Shown in pieces: positions 48,599 to 57,835 of a DNA stretch of 64,000 bases. The notes beneath the pieces are model-generated. The model did not search any database and was not told the origin of the DNA. It saw only the letters and a program-made list of their open reading frames with translations. Origin of the DNA: a bacterium (GTDB lineage Bacteria > Patescibacteriota > Patescibacteriia > UBA10025); assembly GCA_021815445.1 (NCBI GenBank), contig JAKAGM010000001.1:154910-218909 (forward strand), read 5' to 3'. Both the position numbers and the translations under genes were made by a program. The first letter of the stretch is position 1. Each line of letters begins with the position of its first letter.

Positions 48599-48721
48599 AT
48601 GTTTTGACATCGAATAGTGTGTATGATAAAGTTTGCTATTGCATTGATCATTGACTCAAGACTTCAAAAACTAACGGGGAAACCATTCCCTTAACGGTCC
48701 TTTTTGAGGAACTAGGAGGGT

Positions 48722-49192
48722 ATGATGCAAAATGACATCAGTGGCAGAGTACGGGACATCCAGGCACTTAGGGAGCAGGTTGAGACGGAGTTGGGTCGTA
48801 TCTCCGGCAACTATGTTGGTCTTGACTTTCCGTCGTGCCTGGGCGGAGAACGTTTCTCCCACTGCGAATCGGGCATCACGGTGTCTGAAACTGAGTGGTT
48901 CGTGAATGATGAGAAGGGTAGTCTACTGAAAGGTGAGACGTACCGATATCTGCTCATATTCGCGGGACAGGGCATCGCAATTCTCGCGGAGGGGGAGAGA
49001 GAGTGCGGCAACGTATACCGTTTCCAAACATGGCTGAACAGAGAGGCTGTCGACAAATATGGCATTGGCAGTCCGTTGTTCGATCTTGCGGCCATACGAG
49101 CTGCGCTCACCAAGGCCCTCGAAGACGAGGCCGTGAGCCTGGAGGACGAAGCCGCTAAGGTGCGCGAACTTATGGCCGCACTGGCAGCGTAG
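48722..49192 (+). CDS. Hypothetical protein
   Basis: Own promoter (TTGACA-17-TAAAGT, 48604-48632), AGGAGG SD and terminator; start may be 48725. Confidence 0.7.
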   Translation: MMQNDISGRVRDIQALREQVETELGRISGNYVGLDFPSCLGGERFSHCESGITVSETEWFVNDEKGSLLKGETYRYLLIFAGQGIAILAEGERECGNVYRFQTWLNREAVDKYGIGSPLFDLAAIRAALTKALEDEAVSLEDEAAKVRELMAALAA

Positions 49193-49228
49193 AAGTGCAT
49201 GTTCTTACCAGAGGCATGGTCCACCATG

Positions 49229-49257
49229 GATCGATCCTGACAGGTCGATCTTTTTTT
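49229..49257 (+). terminator. Intrinsic terminator
   Basis: GATCGA...TCGATC stem plus T7. Confidence 0.7.
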
Positions 49258-49317
49258 GAATAGGAAATTAATTTTAAAAATGGTATACTGAGAAAGTTCT
49301 ATTTACATTTTACCAAT

Positions 49318-49788
49318 ATGCCCAAAGAATACGACTTCCCCGGAGTGTTACCCGCCGAAAAAATTAAGGGTAAAAAAGTAACCCTCCAAACGAGCAAAGG
49401 AACGATAGAGTTCGAGCTGTTTTTCGATGATGCACCAAAAGCCGTGAGTAACTTCGTGTATCTCGCCGAACAGGGGTTCTTCGACGGCCTCACGTTTCAC
49501 CGCGTGGTGCCGGGGTTTGTCATCCAGGGCGGCGACCCGTTAGGCACAGGCACCGGCGGTCCCGGTTACCAATTTGAGGACGAACCCGTCATACAGAATT
49601 ATGACCAGGGCATTGTCGCTATGGCCAATGCCGGGCCGGACACCAACGGCTCGCAATTTTTTATCATGCTTGAGGATAACCCGACATTACCGAAAGCATA
49701 CACAATTTTCGGGAAGGTAATTAAAGGAATGGATGCGGTGAAAAAGATTGTGCAGGGAGATAAGATGGTAAGGGTGACGATCCAATAA
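49318..49788 (+). CDS. Cyclophilin-type peptidyl-prolyl isomerase
   Basis: FHRVVPGFVIQGGDP, AMANAGPDTNGSQFFI. Confidence 0.95.
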   Translation: MPKEYDFPGVLPAEKIKGKKVTLQTSKGTIEFELFFDDAPKAVSNFVYLAEQGFFDGLTFHRVVPGFVIQGGDPLGTGTGGPGYQFEDEPVIQNYDQGIVAMANAGPDTNGSQFFIMLEDNPTLPKAYTIFGKVIKGMDAVKKIVQGDKMVRVTIQ

Positions 49789-49806
49789 GCATTCAATAGG
49801 CGCAGT

Positions 49807-50268
49807 ATGAAGAAAGTCGAGAGAGATTTCTATCAAGTCTCACTGAAACTTATCTTGAATAACGACAAGGGCGAGACTCTGCTCATGAAGGCGCTGAACA
49901 CGGGCACGTACGCGGGCTTTTATGATTTTCCCGGAGGGCGGATAAATGTCGGTGAATTCGAGGTTCCGTTGCCGGATATCGTTCGACGAGAAGTCCGTGA
50001 GGAAATAGGGGATGTCGAGTATACACTCAACCCGCATCCCGCGGCTGTTGCTCGCCACCTTATTCCCGCAAGCATTTCTGGTTTAAAGAGTGACATTCGA
50101 GTGGTATATCTTCTTTATGAGGGCGCATACTCAACCGGCGAAGTTAGAATGAACCATGAACATACAGGGTTCCGGTGGCTTGATCTGAACAAGATTGATC
50201 TGGAAAAATATCTCACATCGGGAAACTTGGAAGGCGCCAGGATGTACGTAGGGAGAAAAAAGGGATAG
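49807..50268 (+). CDS. NUDIX hydrolase
   Basis: DFPGGRI...RREVREEIG. Confidence 0.85.
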   Translation: MKKVERDFYQVSLKLILNNDKGETLLMKALNTGTYAGFYDFPGGRINVGEFEVPLPDIVRREVREEIGDVEYTLNPHPAAVARHLIPASISGLKSDIRVVYLLYEGAYSTGEVRMNHEHTGFRWLDLNKIDLEKYLTSGNLEGARMYVGRKKG

Positions 50269-50324
50269 GATGGAGAGTGCGGTGATTATTTGACCTCTTC
50301 TCTCCTTAACAAGTCACTATCACT

Positions 50325-51383
50325 ATGCAACAAATTCTCGGACAGAAACGGCCATTCTTCTACATTGTCGCGGCTGTCATCGCGTACCTATCATACCTGG
50401 TTTTGCGTCCCTACTTTTCGGCAATCGTGCTTGCGTTGATTTTAGTAATACTCTTCAAGCCAGTCTACTTTTTTTTCACGCGGTTCTCTTTCCATAAAGA
50501 AAGAATTGCCGTGTTGATGTCCGTCATTTTCGTCTTTCTGGTCGTTTTTATTCCCGTGGTGATTGTCGGCGGGCTCACAGTCAACCAGATTATCCAGTTC
50601 AAGAATGACCTGACCAGCGGCAACAGCAGTATTACCCTTGCGCGCGTCGTTGAACGCGTTAACGCAATCTCCGCAGTGATTCCTGGCCATGGCGCGCCGC
50701 TCACCGTGGCCGGTGCGCACGAACACATCAGCAAGTGGGCACAGGCCGCCGGAACGTATTTCCTCGCGCGACTGCCCAGCATAGGCTCCGGCGCCTTCCA
50801 GTCGGTAACGTGGTTCATCGTCTTCCTTATTTTGCTCTACTCGCTGTTTCCGATCCAGCATAAGCTCTTTAAGCTTTTTCAGAGCGCCAGTCCGCTTGAT
50901 GACCGCATCGACACGGTGTATGCCACCCGAGTCGTGGAAATGTCCAAGTCTATGATCAAGGGCACGCTCCTCGTGGCTGTAGTCCAGGGCTCCATTGCAG
51001 GTATCTTTCTCGCCATTGCAGGCGTGCCGTACGTACTTTTCTGGACAATGCTGATGATTTTTCTCGGGGTAGTTCCGATCATCGGTTACGGCTTTGTCCT
51101 TATCCCCATCGCGATAGTCCTCATCGCTACAGGCGGCATCTGGCAGGGGATCATGCTGATCCTGTCGAGTGCGCTCATTATCGGCAACCTCGACAATTAC
51201 CTCCGTCCCAAGCTGGTTTCTAAAAAAGCGGAGCTCCACCCGGCGCTCGTCATTCTCGGCGTTATCGGAGGCCTGCAAGTGTTCGGCGTGCTCGGGTTTA
51301 TCTACGGCCCGGTAATCATGATTCTTCTTGTCACGACCTTCGAGATGTATCAGAAATATTTTCGTACGCCGGCAGGAGAGTAG
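50325..51383 (+). CDS. AI-2E family transporter
   Basis: DNYLRPKLV, HPALVILGVIGG, GFIYGP. Confidence 0.92.
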   Translation: MQQILGQKRPFFYIVAAVIAYLSYLVLRPYFSAIVLALILVILFKPVYFFFTRFSFHKERIAVLMSVIFVFLVVFIPVVIVGGLTVNQIIQFKNDLTSGNSSITLARVVERVNAISAVIPGHGAPLTVAGAHEHISKWAQAAGTYFLARLPSIGSGAFQSVTWFIVFLILLYSLFPIQHKLFKLFQSASPLDDRIDTVYATRVVEMSKSMIKGTLLVAVVQGSIAGIFLAIAGVPYVLFWTMLMIFLGVVPIIGYGFVLIPIAIVLIATGGIWQGIMLILSSALIIGNLDNYLRPKLVSKKAELHPALVILGVIGGLQVFGVLGFIYGPVIMILLVTTFEMYQKYFRTPAGE

Positions 51384-51438
51384 TACGTTCATGGAATAAG
51401 TAGTCATCCAATTTTGTTACCGTGTCCCATGACGGCCC

Positions 51439-51864
51439 ATGCTTCGTCATAAATCCCCATTTCGCGTTTCAGCCGTTATTATCAAAGACGGCAAAATGCT
51501 CTTGATTCACCGGAAGAAAAATGGAAACGATTATTTTATTAATATCGGCGGCACCCCAGAAAAAGGGGAGTCGCACGTACAAACTCTGGTTCGCGAAGTT
51601 AAAGAAGAGGCACGTATTGATGTGCGCATAGTGCGTAAACTCGACGAAGCATATAACAACCACGATGAGCGTACACATATATTTTTTCTCGCGGAAATTA
51701 TTTCCGGAGAGCCGAAACTTGGCGGTCCTGAGTTGGAGCGGCAAACGGAAGCTAACCAGTATCTTTTAGAATGGTGTCCGGTTGCTGATGCTGAACGCAT
51801 ACGGCTTTTCCCAGAAGCGGCAAAGGAGATCATGAAAAACTTGAAAACAACCGGTCATGAGTAA
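51439..51864 (+). CDS. NUDIX hydrolase
   Basis: GGTPEKGES...REVKEEA. Confidence 0.85.
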   Translation: MLRHKSPFRVSAVIIKDGKMLLIHRKKNGNDYFINIGGTPEKGESHVQTLVREVKEEARIDVRIVRKLDEAYNNHDERTHIFFLAEIISGEPKLGGPELERQTEANQYLLEWCPVADAERIRLFPEAAKEIMKNLKTTGHE

Positions 51865-52440
51865 TATCCAAAAGGCGCGAGAAACAGCGACGCGATTGCA
51901 CGCCGGCCAGACGAGGAAAGACAGCAGCACGCCGTACATCACTCATCCCGTTGCTGTGGCGGGAATTTTATCAAGATATACCGACGATGATGACACCCTG
52001 TGCGCCGCATTTTTGCATGATACACTGGAAGATGTGGACGGATACAGTTACGACCGACTTAAACAGGATTTCGGGAGCCGTGTCGCTGACATAGTCAAAG
52101 AAGTCTCAGAGGACAAAGTCCCGGGAGACAGCCGCGAAACAAGCAAAACCAGCTGGAGGCAAAGAAAAGAAGGATACATTGGGAATTTACAGAATAACAG
52201 TCGGGAAGCTCTCATGGTAAGCTGCGCTGACAAGATAGCCAATCTCACGAGCTTATAGACTTGTACGCGAAGTCCGGCGATGCCATGTGGGAACATTTCA
52301 ATGCTCCCGAGCCTTCTGCTGGGTCGACAATGTGGTATTTTGGGGAAGTACTGAACGTCTTAAAAAAGCGTTTGGACGATGATATCGTAAGGGAGTATGA
52401 AAAGATTGTCACGAGGGCGAGAAAGGTTTTTAAGGTATAA
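51857..52440 (+). pseudogene. HD-domain small alarmone hydrolase-like (Mesh1/SAH) gene with a frameshift near 52252
   Basis: HAGQTRK..PYITHP, LHDTLED, ADKIANL, then stop at 52258; the -1 frame continues LIDLYAKSGDAMWEHFNAP...WYF... to TAA at 52440. Confidence 0.75.
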
Positions 52441-52525
52441 ACAGCGAGGAGGAGAATTAATGGAATAGAGGGCGAAAGAGAGTTCGGCAGATTCCCTACC
52501 TTTTTGGTATACTTCTTTTATATCC

Positions 52526-53032
52526 ATGCAAGTTCCTATCCGAAAACCAGGAAAGTATACATATTCTAAACCCGATCTTCATTTGACGAGGGCGAAACTT
52601 AATGGATTGAAGGAGGAACTTGAGCGATTAAAAACGACGAATCGGCCTCGTGCGATGAAAGAAGTGAGCCGGCTGGCTGAAATGGGGGACTTCTCCGAGA
52701 ATGCGGCATATCAGATAGCGAAAGGCAGACTGCGCGGGCTGAACGAACGCATAAATGAGCTTGAAGAACGGGTGAAAAAAGCAATTGTTATCCAAACGAA
52801 AGGTACGGACACTGTTCAAATCGGGCACAAAGTGACTGTCGAAGCGAATGGAAGGCGGTCGACATTTCGTGTGCTTGGTTCGGAGGAATCCGATCCGGGT
52901 CAACATATTATTTCATACACTTCACCGCTCGGGTCGGCAGTACTTGATAAAGCAGTCGGGGACCGCATAACCATGAAAGTGAAAAATAGCGAAGTCACCT
53001 ACGTCATTGTAATGATTGCAGAGAACCCATGA
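52526..53032 (+). CDS. greA: GreA/GreB family transcription elongation factor
   Basis: GDFSENAAYQIAK, ISYTSPLGSA. Confidence 0.85.
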   Translation: MQVPIRKPGKYTYSKPDLHLTRAKLNGLKEELERLKTTNRPRAMKEVSRLAEMGDFSENAAYQIAKGRLRGLNERINELEERVKKAIVIQTKGTDTVQIGHKVTVEANGRRSTFRVLGSEESDPGQHIISYTSPLGSAVLDKAVGDRITMKVKNSEVTYVIVMIAENP

Positions 53033-54264
53033 AACAACATCTGGCACTGCATATTCTGAGAAGCGGGAAAAACGTGCTCCTGACGGGTCCTGCGGGAAGC
53101 GGGAAAACTTTTGTGTTAAACCAATTTATCGGCCACCTGAAGCGCGAAAAGATTCCTGTCGGGATTACGGCACCGACAGGTGTCGCGGCAACGCACATCA
53201 ACGGCCGCACACTACATTCATGGGCGGGATTGGGGATTCAGCATCGATTTACCAAAAAGGAGATCGATAAAATCGCATATACCAAGCGTATCCGAGAAAG
53301 GGTGCTCAAGACAAAGACGCTCATTATCGACGAGATATCGATGATGAATCATTACCATCTTGACGCAGTTGATGCCGTGTGCAGGAAAATTCGGCAAAAC
53401 ACCCAACCGTTCGGCGGCATCCAGGTAGTCATGAGCGGGGACTTTTTCCAACTGCCACCCATCAGTCGGGATGGTGAGGAGGGGAAGTTTGTCAACAACT
53501 CGGACATCTGGGGCGCAATGGATCTGCAAGTATGCTATCTTACTGAACAGCACCGGCATGATGACGCTGATCTTTCGAAAGCGTTGAATGATATTCGGAA
53601 GGGCAGGGTAACTGCAGCGACAAAAGAGATTCTTGCCGGCAGGCACAGGGCGAGCATCAGCGGTAGTATGCGGCCCACGAGGCTCTTCACCCACAATGTT
53701 GACGTGGATGCGCAAAATGAGCATGAGCTCGGTTTGATCGGCGGAGAAGAACATGAATATAACATGGGGGAGGCCGGACGGGCCGAGCTGGTGAAGAGTC
53801 TGAAAAAAAATTGCCTCGCGCCCGAACGTCTGATGCTCAAAAAAGGCGCCGTAGTGATGTTTCTCAAAAACAACTCTGAGGCGGGATATGTAAATGGCAC
53901 GCTCGGTAAGGTGATAAACTTCTCGTCAGAAGACTTTCCGATTGTAGAGACAACCAATGGCGATGTTATTACCGCAACCCCATCGCGATGGATGGTTGAG
54001 GAAGAAGATGAAATACTCGCCCAGATTTCGCAGATTCCGCTACGGCTCGCCTGGGCGATTACGGTGCACAAAAGCCAGGGAATGACACTCGACCTGGCCG
54101 AAATGGACCTGAGCAAATCATTCACCCCCGGGATGGGCTATGTGGCGCTTTCCCGCGTACGGAAACTGAGCGGGCTGAGTCTGCTCGGCTTAAATGAAAT
54201 GGCGCTGAAAGTAAATCCGAAAGCTATTCTGCTGGATAGAGAGTTGAGGAGGCGGTCAATATGA
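53029..54264 (+). CDS. PIF1-family DNA helicase
   Basis: TGPAGSGKT, IDEISM, GDFFQLPP, QIPLRLAWAITVHKSQGMTL, YVALSR. Confidence 0.92.
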   Translation: MKQHLALHILRSGKNVLLTGPAGSGKTFVLNQFIGHLKREKIPVGITAPTGVAATHINGRTLHSWAGLGIQHRFTKKEIDKIAYTKRIRERVLKTKTLIIDEISMMNHYHLDAVDAVCRKIRQNTQPFGGIQVVMSGDFFQLPPISRDGEEGKFVNNSDIWGAMDLQVCYLTEQHRHDDADLSKALNDIRKGRVTAATKEILAGRHRASISGSMRPTRLFTHNVDVDAQNEHELGLIGGEEHEYNMGEAGRAELVKSLKKNCLAPERLMLKKGAVVMFLKNNSEAGYVNGTLGKVINFSSEDFPIVETTNGDVITATPSRWMVEEEDEILAQISQIPLRLAWAITVHKSQGMTLDLAEMDLSKSFTPGMGYVALSRVRKLSGLSLLGLNEMALKVNPKAILLDRELRRRSI

Positions 54265-54350
54265 TGTTTCATGCATAACAGCATCCCACGGCAAGACCGC
54301 TAAAGACCATTTGGCTTTAGGACTGCTTTGAAAAAGAAAAAACCGTCTGC

Positions 54351-54914
54351 TTAAAAAAGCTGGCGGCATTGGATTACCAATTGGGCTGTATTTCCTGAGT
54401 TGTACGGGGCAATTTTATACCTAACCTTCATGCGGCTGTCTTGCTCGGTATGAATCCATGTTTGACCCGCTTTGATAGCGCCAAAGACCTCATCGAGCTT
54501 TTTCAACTCTCCCACCCTGGTGGTGACGATCTTCCATAGAACGTAATCGTAACCCCGATAGAGCTTTTTCCCCTCCGCATTGAAGGCCTCGAATTCTTCC
54601 CAAGGAAGATGCACCGGGTGATGCTCGGCCCGCCCGGAGTCGATAGCTTGCGCGACGTCTTCAGCAAAGACCGAGGGGTCAGGAACGGTCACGGTGATAT
54701 CGTACCTGCAAAGAAGGGTCAGGTTCTCAGACGGTCTGCCTTGCGGGGGGTTTCTATCGATCAAATCAGCGTACGCGGGTTGATGGTAAACGACAGTCTT
54801 GGGCATTCTGTCGCCGAATTTCAGGAAGAGTTCTGTGGTGGATGTCGGGGTTTCACGGCACCCGACAATGACTATGCCGGACATCAGCACGGCGCCTATC
54901 GCGATGATGCGCAT
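54351..54914 (-). CDS. Hypothetical lipoprotein
   Basis: AGGAGG SD before MRIIAIGAVLMSGIVIVGC (lipobox-like). Confidence 0.7.
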   Translation of the reverse strand: MRIIAIGAVLMSGIVIVGCRETPTSTTELFLKFGDRMPKTVVYHQPAYADLIDRNPPQGRPSENLTLLCRYDITVTVPDPSVFAEDVAQAIDSGRAEHHPVHLPWEEFEAFNAEGKKLYRGYDYVLWKIVTTRVGELKKLDEVFGAIKAGQTWIHTEQDSRMKVRYKIAPYNSGNTAQLVIQCRQLF

Positions 54915-55141
54915 GCAAAGCCTCCTGGAACGTTTCAATGAGCACCTCCCTGTTGATTGTGTTTCGGTGGATGTTTCCTTCGTTATTAGTATAAGGTACA
55001 CAGTGCCGGGCTCATTCGTCAATAGATCATTCTGCGGTGAGTACGCATTGACGGGTCTTGACATACAAGCAATTTCCTGTACACTATCCGAAAATAGTCA
55101 ACGCTCTTTACATCAACAACGCGGATTGGAGGAAAAGACTC

Positions 55142-55786
55142 ATGGATACTGCCCAAACCTACTTTTTGTGCGTAGCGGGAACGTTGTGCTGTCTTGGACT
55201 GGCCTGGGTCAGCCTTTATGGTTTGGAAGGTCGCTGGAGTGAAGGCCGCCGCAACGTCCCGTCTCCGGGCGGACGCATGCTGGCGCTACTCTCCCTACTC
55301 CTGAGCGGGGTTTGCGTATCACTGCTTTTCTACGAGTACCCGAATTTTCAGGAAGACAGTGTCGTCGTTGAGTACGCTGACAATGGGGGGCTGGTCGAAC
55401 ATCCCTGGGGTACCTTCTGCTATGAGGGCGATCCTCGGTTTGTAACCGTCCCTGATAGTACCGACAGTATCCCTGTCTTTTGCATGATCAAAGATTCAGT
55501 CCAAAAAGTCTATATCGTGGGCTACGTGGTACTTGCTGACCGTGCGAAATTCCTGGCGGACAGACCGAGGTTCGAGAGTTTCGGGGCCTCCAAAAATTCG
55601 GCGTATATGATCGCTCATAACGCGATTTGCCAGATCGTCGATACCCCCCTAAGTCAATTCGGGCAGTTGAGCGACTCGGGTGACGAATCTCTGCAGGAGC
55701 GATTTCGTGCATTTCTTGACGACCGAATCAATCCGATTGTGTCACAGCGGGGTTTGCGATTTAAGACGCTCAGATTCAATCGCTGA
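55142..55786 (+). CDS. Hypothetical membrane protein
   Basis: Two N-terminal TMs; own promoter (TTGACA 55058), GGAGG SD and terminator. Confidence 0.7.
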   Translation: MDTAQTYFLCVAGTLCCLGLAWVSLYGLEGRWSEGRRNVPSPGGRMLALLSLLLSGVCVSLLFYEYPNFQEDSVVVEYADNGGLVEHPWGTFCYEGDPRFVTVPDSTDSIPVFCMIKDSVQKVYIVGYVVLADRAKFLADRPRFESFGASKNSAYMIAHNAICQIVDTPLSQFGQLSDSGDESLQERFRAFLDDRINPIVSQRGLRFKTLRFNR

Positions 55787-55816
55787 CAAAAATCGCACCG
55801 TCGCCGTATAATGCTC

Positions 55817-55843
55817 AGGAGTTCCATTGTGGACTCCTTTTTT
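55817..55843 (+). terminator. Intrinsic terminator
   Basis: AGGAG.TCCA/TGGACTCCT stem plus T run. Confidence 0.65.
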
Positions 55844-55920
55844 ATTATTCAAAATAATGTACCGTATCCGGCTGCTTCATTAATAGATGCAAAACTCTTA
55901 AGATGTGCTACACTGGTTGC

Positions 55921-57201
55921 GTGACTACAACGAATAATTCAACCGGCTTTTCAGGACTTGGCATAGCACCGAGCCTGCTCAGCGCGCTCGATCGGCTCAA
56001 GTTTATCGAGCCTACTCCCGTCCAAAGCAGGTCAATTCCCGTCGGGATAGAAGGCCAAGACCTGATTGCTATAGCCCAAACGGGCACCGGGAAAACACTG
56101 GCGTTCGGCATTCCAATTATTCAGCGTCTCGCTCAGGTTAAGGGCAAGGCACTCGTACTCTTGCCCACAAGGGAACTCGCGATCCAGGTGGATGAATCGC
56201 TTCACTCAATTGGTCGTTCGTTGGGTTTGCGTACGGCGGTGCTTATCGGAGGCGCATCGATGTTGCTTCAGCGCAAGAGTATCCTGCGCAAGCCGCACGT
56301 GGTCATCGCGACACCCGGCAGGCTTCTCGACCACATGGAGCAGCACACCGTCAATCTTGCCGATGTGACTATTCTGGTTCTCGATGAGGCCGATAGGATG
56401 CTCGACATGGGATTCGCCCCACAAATTAAAAAGATACTCGCGGCCGTCCCAAGGAAGCGCCAGACGATGCTTTTTTCAGCGACGATGCCCAAAGAAATAG
56501 TCGAAATAGCTCACAGGCACATGGCAACCCCGTTGCACGTCGAGATCGCACGCTCCGGCACCGCAGTTGAAAAAGTGACCCAGGAAGTCTTTTTTGTCAC
56601 GCAGGAGTCCAAGGCGCGGCTTTTGGAGACCGTATTGTCTAAACATTTAGGATCTGCGCTTGTCTTTGTCAGGACCAAGCACGGCGCGCGAAAGATTACC
56701 CGTTATGTGCAGGAGATGGGGCATACGGCGGCTGAAATTCACTCAAACAGAACCCTCGGCCAGCGGAGAGAAGCGCTCGAAGGGTTCAAATCAGGCAAGT
56801 ACCGCGTCCTCGTGGCGACTGATATAGCCGCCCGGGGGATTGACGTGACGGGGATTGAAGTTGTGGTTAATTTCGACCTTCCTTCAACCGCCGAAGATTA
56901 CATCCACAGGATCGGCAGGACGGCGCGCGCAGGCCGTACAGGCCAGGCGATATCGTTCGCCACGTTTGATCAGCAGGGCGACATCCGGAGTATTGAGCGC
57001 CTTATCCGCAAGACATTACCTGTCCGCGAGCTTCCACAGCTGCCTCCCGTGCGTTATTCGGGCCCGCGTGAAAGCGCTCCGCAAGGTTCACAATACCGGG
57101 CGCGTCAGCCATACAGATCGCAAAGCCGCGGAAGCCGGCCCTGGCAGCGGACTCAGTTCAGAGGCAGGAACAAGCAACGCCGGTCAGGAAGAAACTACTA
57201 G
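55921..57201 (+). CDS. DEAD-box RNA helicase (RhlE-like)
   Basis: AQTGTGKT, PTRELA, DEADRMLDMGF, SAT, HRIGRTAR; GTG start inferred. Confidence 0.95.
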   Translation: MTTTNNSTGFSGLGIAPSLLSALDRLKFIEPTPVQSRSIPVGIEGQDLIAIAQTGTGKTLAFGIPIIQRLAQVKGKALVLLPTRELAIQVDESLHSIGRSLGLRTAVLIGGASMLLQRKSILRKPHVVIATPGRLLDHMEQHTVNLADVTILVLDEADRMLDMGFAPQIKKILAAVPRKRQTMLFSATMPKEIVEIAHRHMATPLHVEIARSGTAVEKVTQEVFFVTQESKARLLETVLSKHLGSALVFVRTKHGARKITRYVQEMGHTAAEIHSNRTLGQRREALEGFKSGKYRVLVATDIAARGIDVTGIEVVVNFDLPSTAEDYIHRIGRTARAGRTGQAISFATFDQQGDIRSIERLIRKTLPVRELPQLPPVRYSGPRESAPQGSQYRARQPYRSQSRGSRPWQRTQFRGRNKQRRSGRNY

Positions 57202-57224
57202 CTGGGTTGGCGTTACATAGGGAA

Positions 57225-57482
57225 ATGTACTACCTTTACATTCTGAAATGCTCAGATGGTACGCTCTATACAGGGATAACGACTGATATCAAGCGCAGGG
57301 TAGGAGAGCACAACGGTTTACAACGAGGAGCGCGGTATACTAGGTCACGAAGGCCGGTGAAGTTGGTTTTCTCAAAAAACTTCAGAACCAGGTCTACAGC
57401 GTCAGTCGCGGAAGCGCGATTTAAGCGGTTGTCACGCCGCGAAAAGATAAAGCTTGTGAAAGTAGTGAGAATGAAGAAGTAG
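57225..57482 (+). CDS. GIY-YIG nuclease family protein (UPF0213-like)
   Basis: YLYILKCSDGTLYTGIT...H...GARYTRSRRPV. Confidence 0.9.
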   Translation: MYYLYILKCSDGTLYTGITTDIKRRVGEHNGLQRGARYTRSRRPVKLVFSKNFRTRSTASVAEARFKRLSRREKIKLVKVVRMKK

Positions 57483-57563
57483 GTAAGTAAGTGAGCAAGG
57501 TTTAAATTCCTTTAAGTGCCAAAAGCCATTTATCATGGCCTTTTTTAGTTATCCACAGGAGGC

Positions 57564-57606
57564 AATGTAAAGTATACTTGACATTCCTTGGATACTGCTT
57601 TATGAT
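57564..57606 (+). promoter_or_regulatory. Palindromic operator overlapping the sigma70 promoter of the HTH gene
   Basis: AATGTAAAGTATACTTGACATT near-perfect 22-bp palindrome containing TTGACA (57578-83); TATGAT 17 nt later; ATG 6 nt after the -10. Confidence 0.7.
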
Positions 57607-57612
57607 GCTTTT

Positions 57613-57813
57613 ATGGAGAAAACAATGAACAGATTACGCGAATTACGGAGGCTTCGAGGACAGACTCAGGAGGAGATGGCGCGGGATCTCGGTGTGACTC
57701 GACAAACGGTTATCTCCGTTGAGAAAGGCGAGTACATTCCGTCAACAACGCTTGCGCTCAAGATAGCCCGTTTACTCAAAAAACCTTTAGAAGATATCTT
57801 TTGGATTGAATAA
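57613..57813 (+). CDS. Xre-family helix-turn-helix regulator
   Basis: TQEEMARDLGVTRQTVISVEKGEYIPS...LALKIA. Confidence 0.92.
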   Translation: MEKTMNRLRELRRLRGQTQEEMARDLGVTRQTVISVEKGEYIPSTTLALKIARLLKKPLEDIFWIE

Positions 57814-57835
57814 TTAATAATCATTTAATACGACT

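Noticed and set aside
50442-51407. 321-aa minus-strand ORF
   Set aside because: Antisense shadow of the AI-2E transporter
57549-57557. DnaA box TTATCCACA as a sign of oriC
   Set aside because: Single perfect box, with no cluster and no dnaA or dnaN nearby
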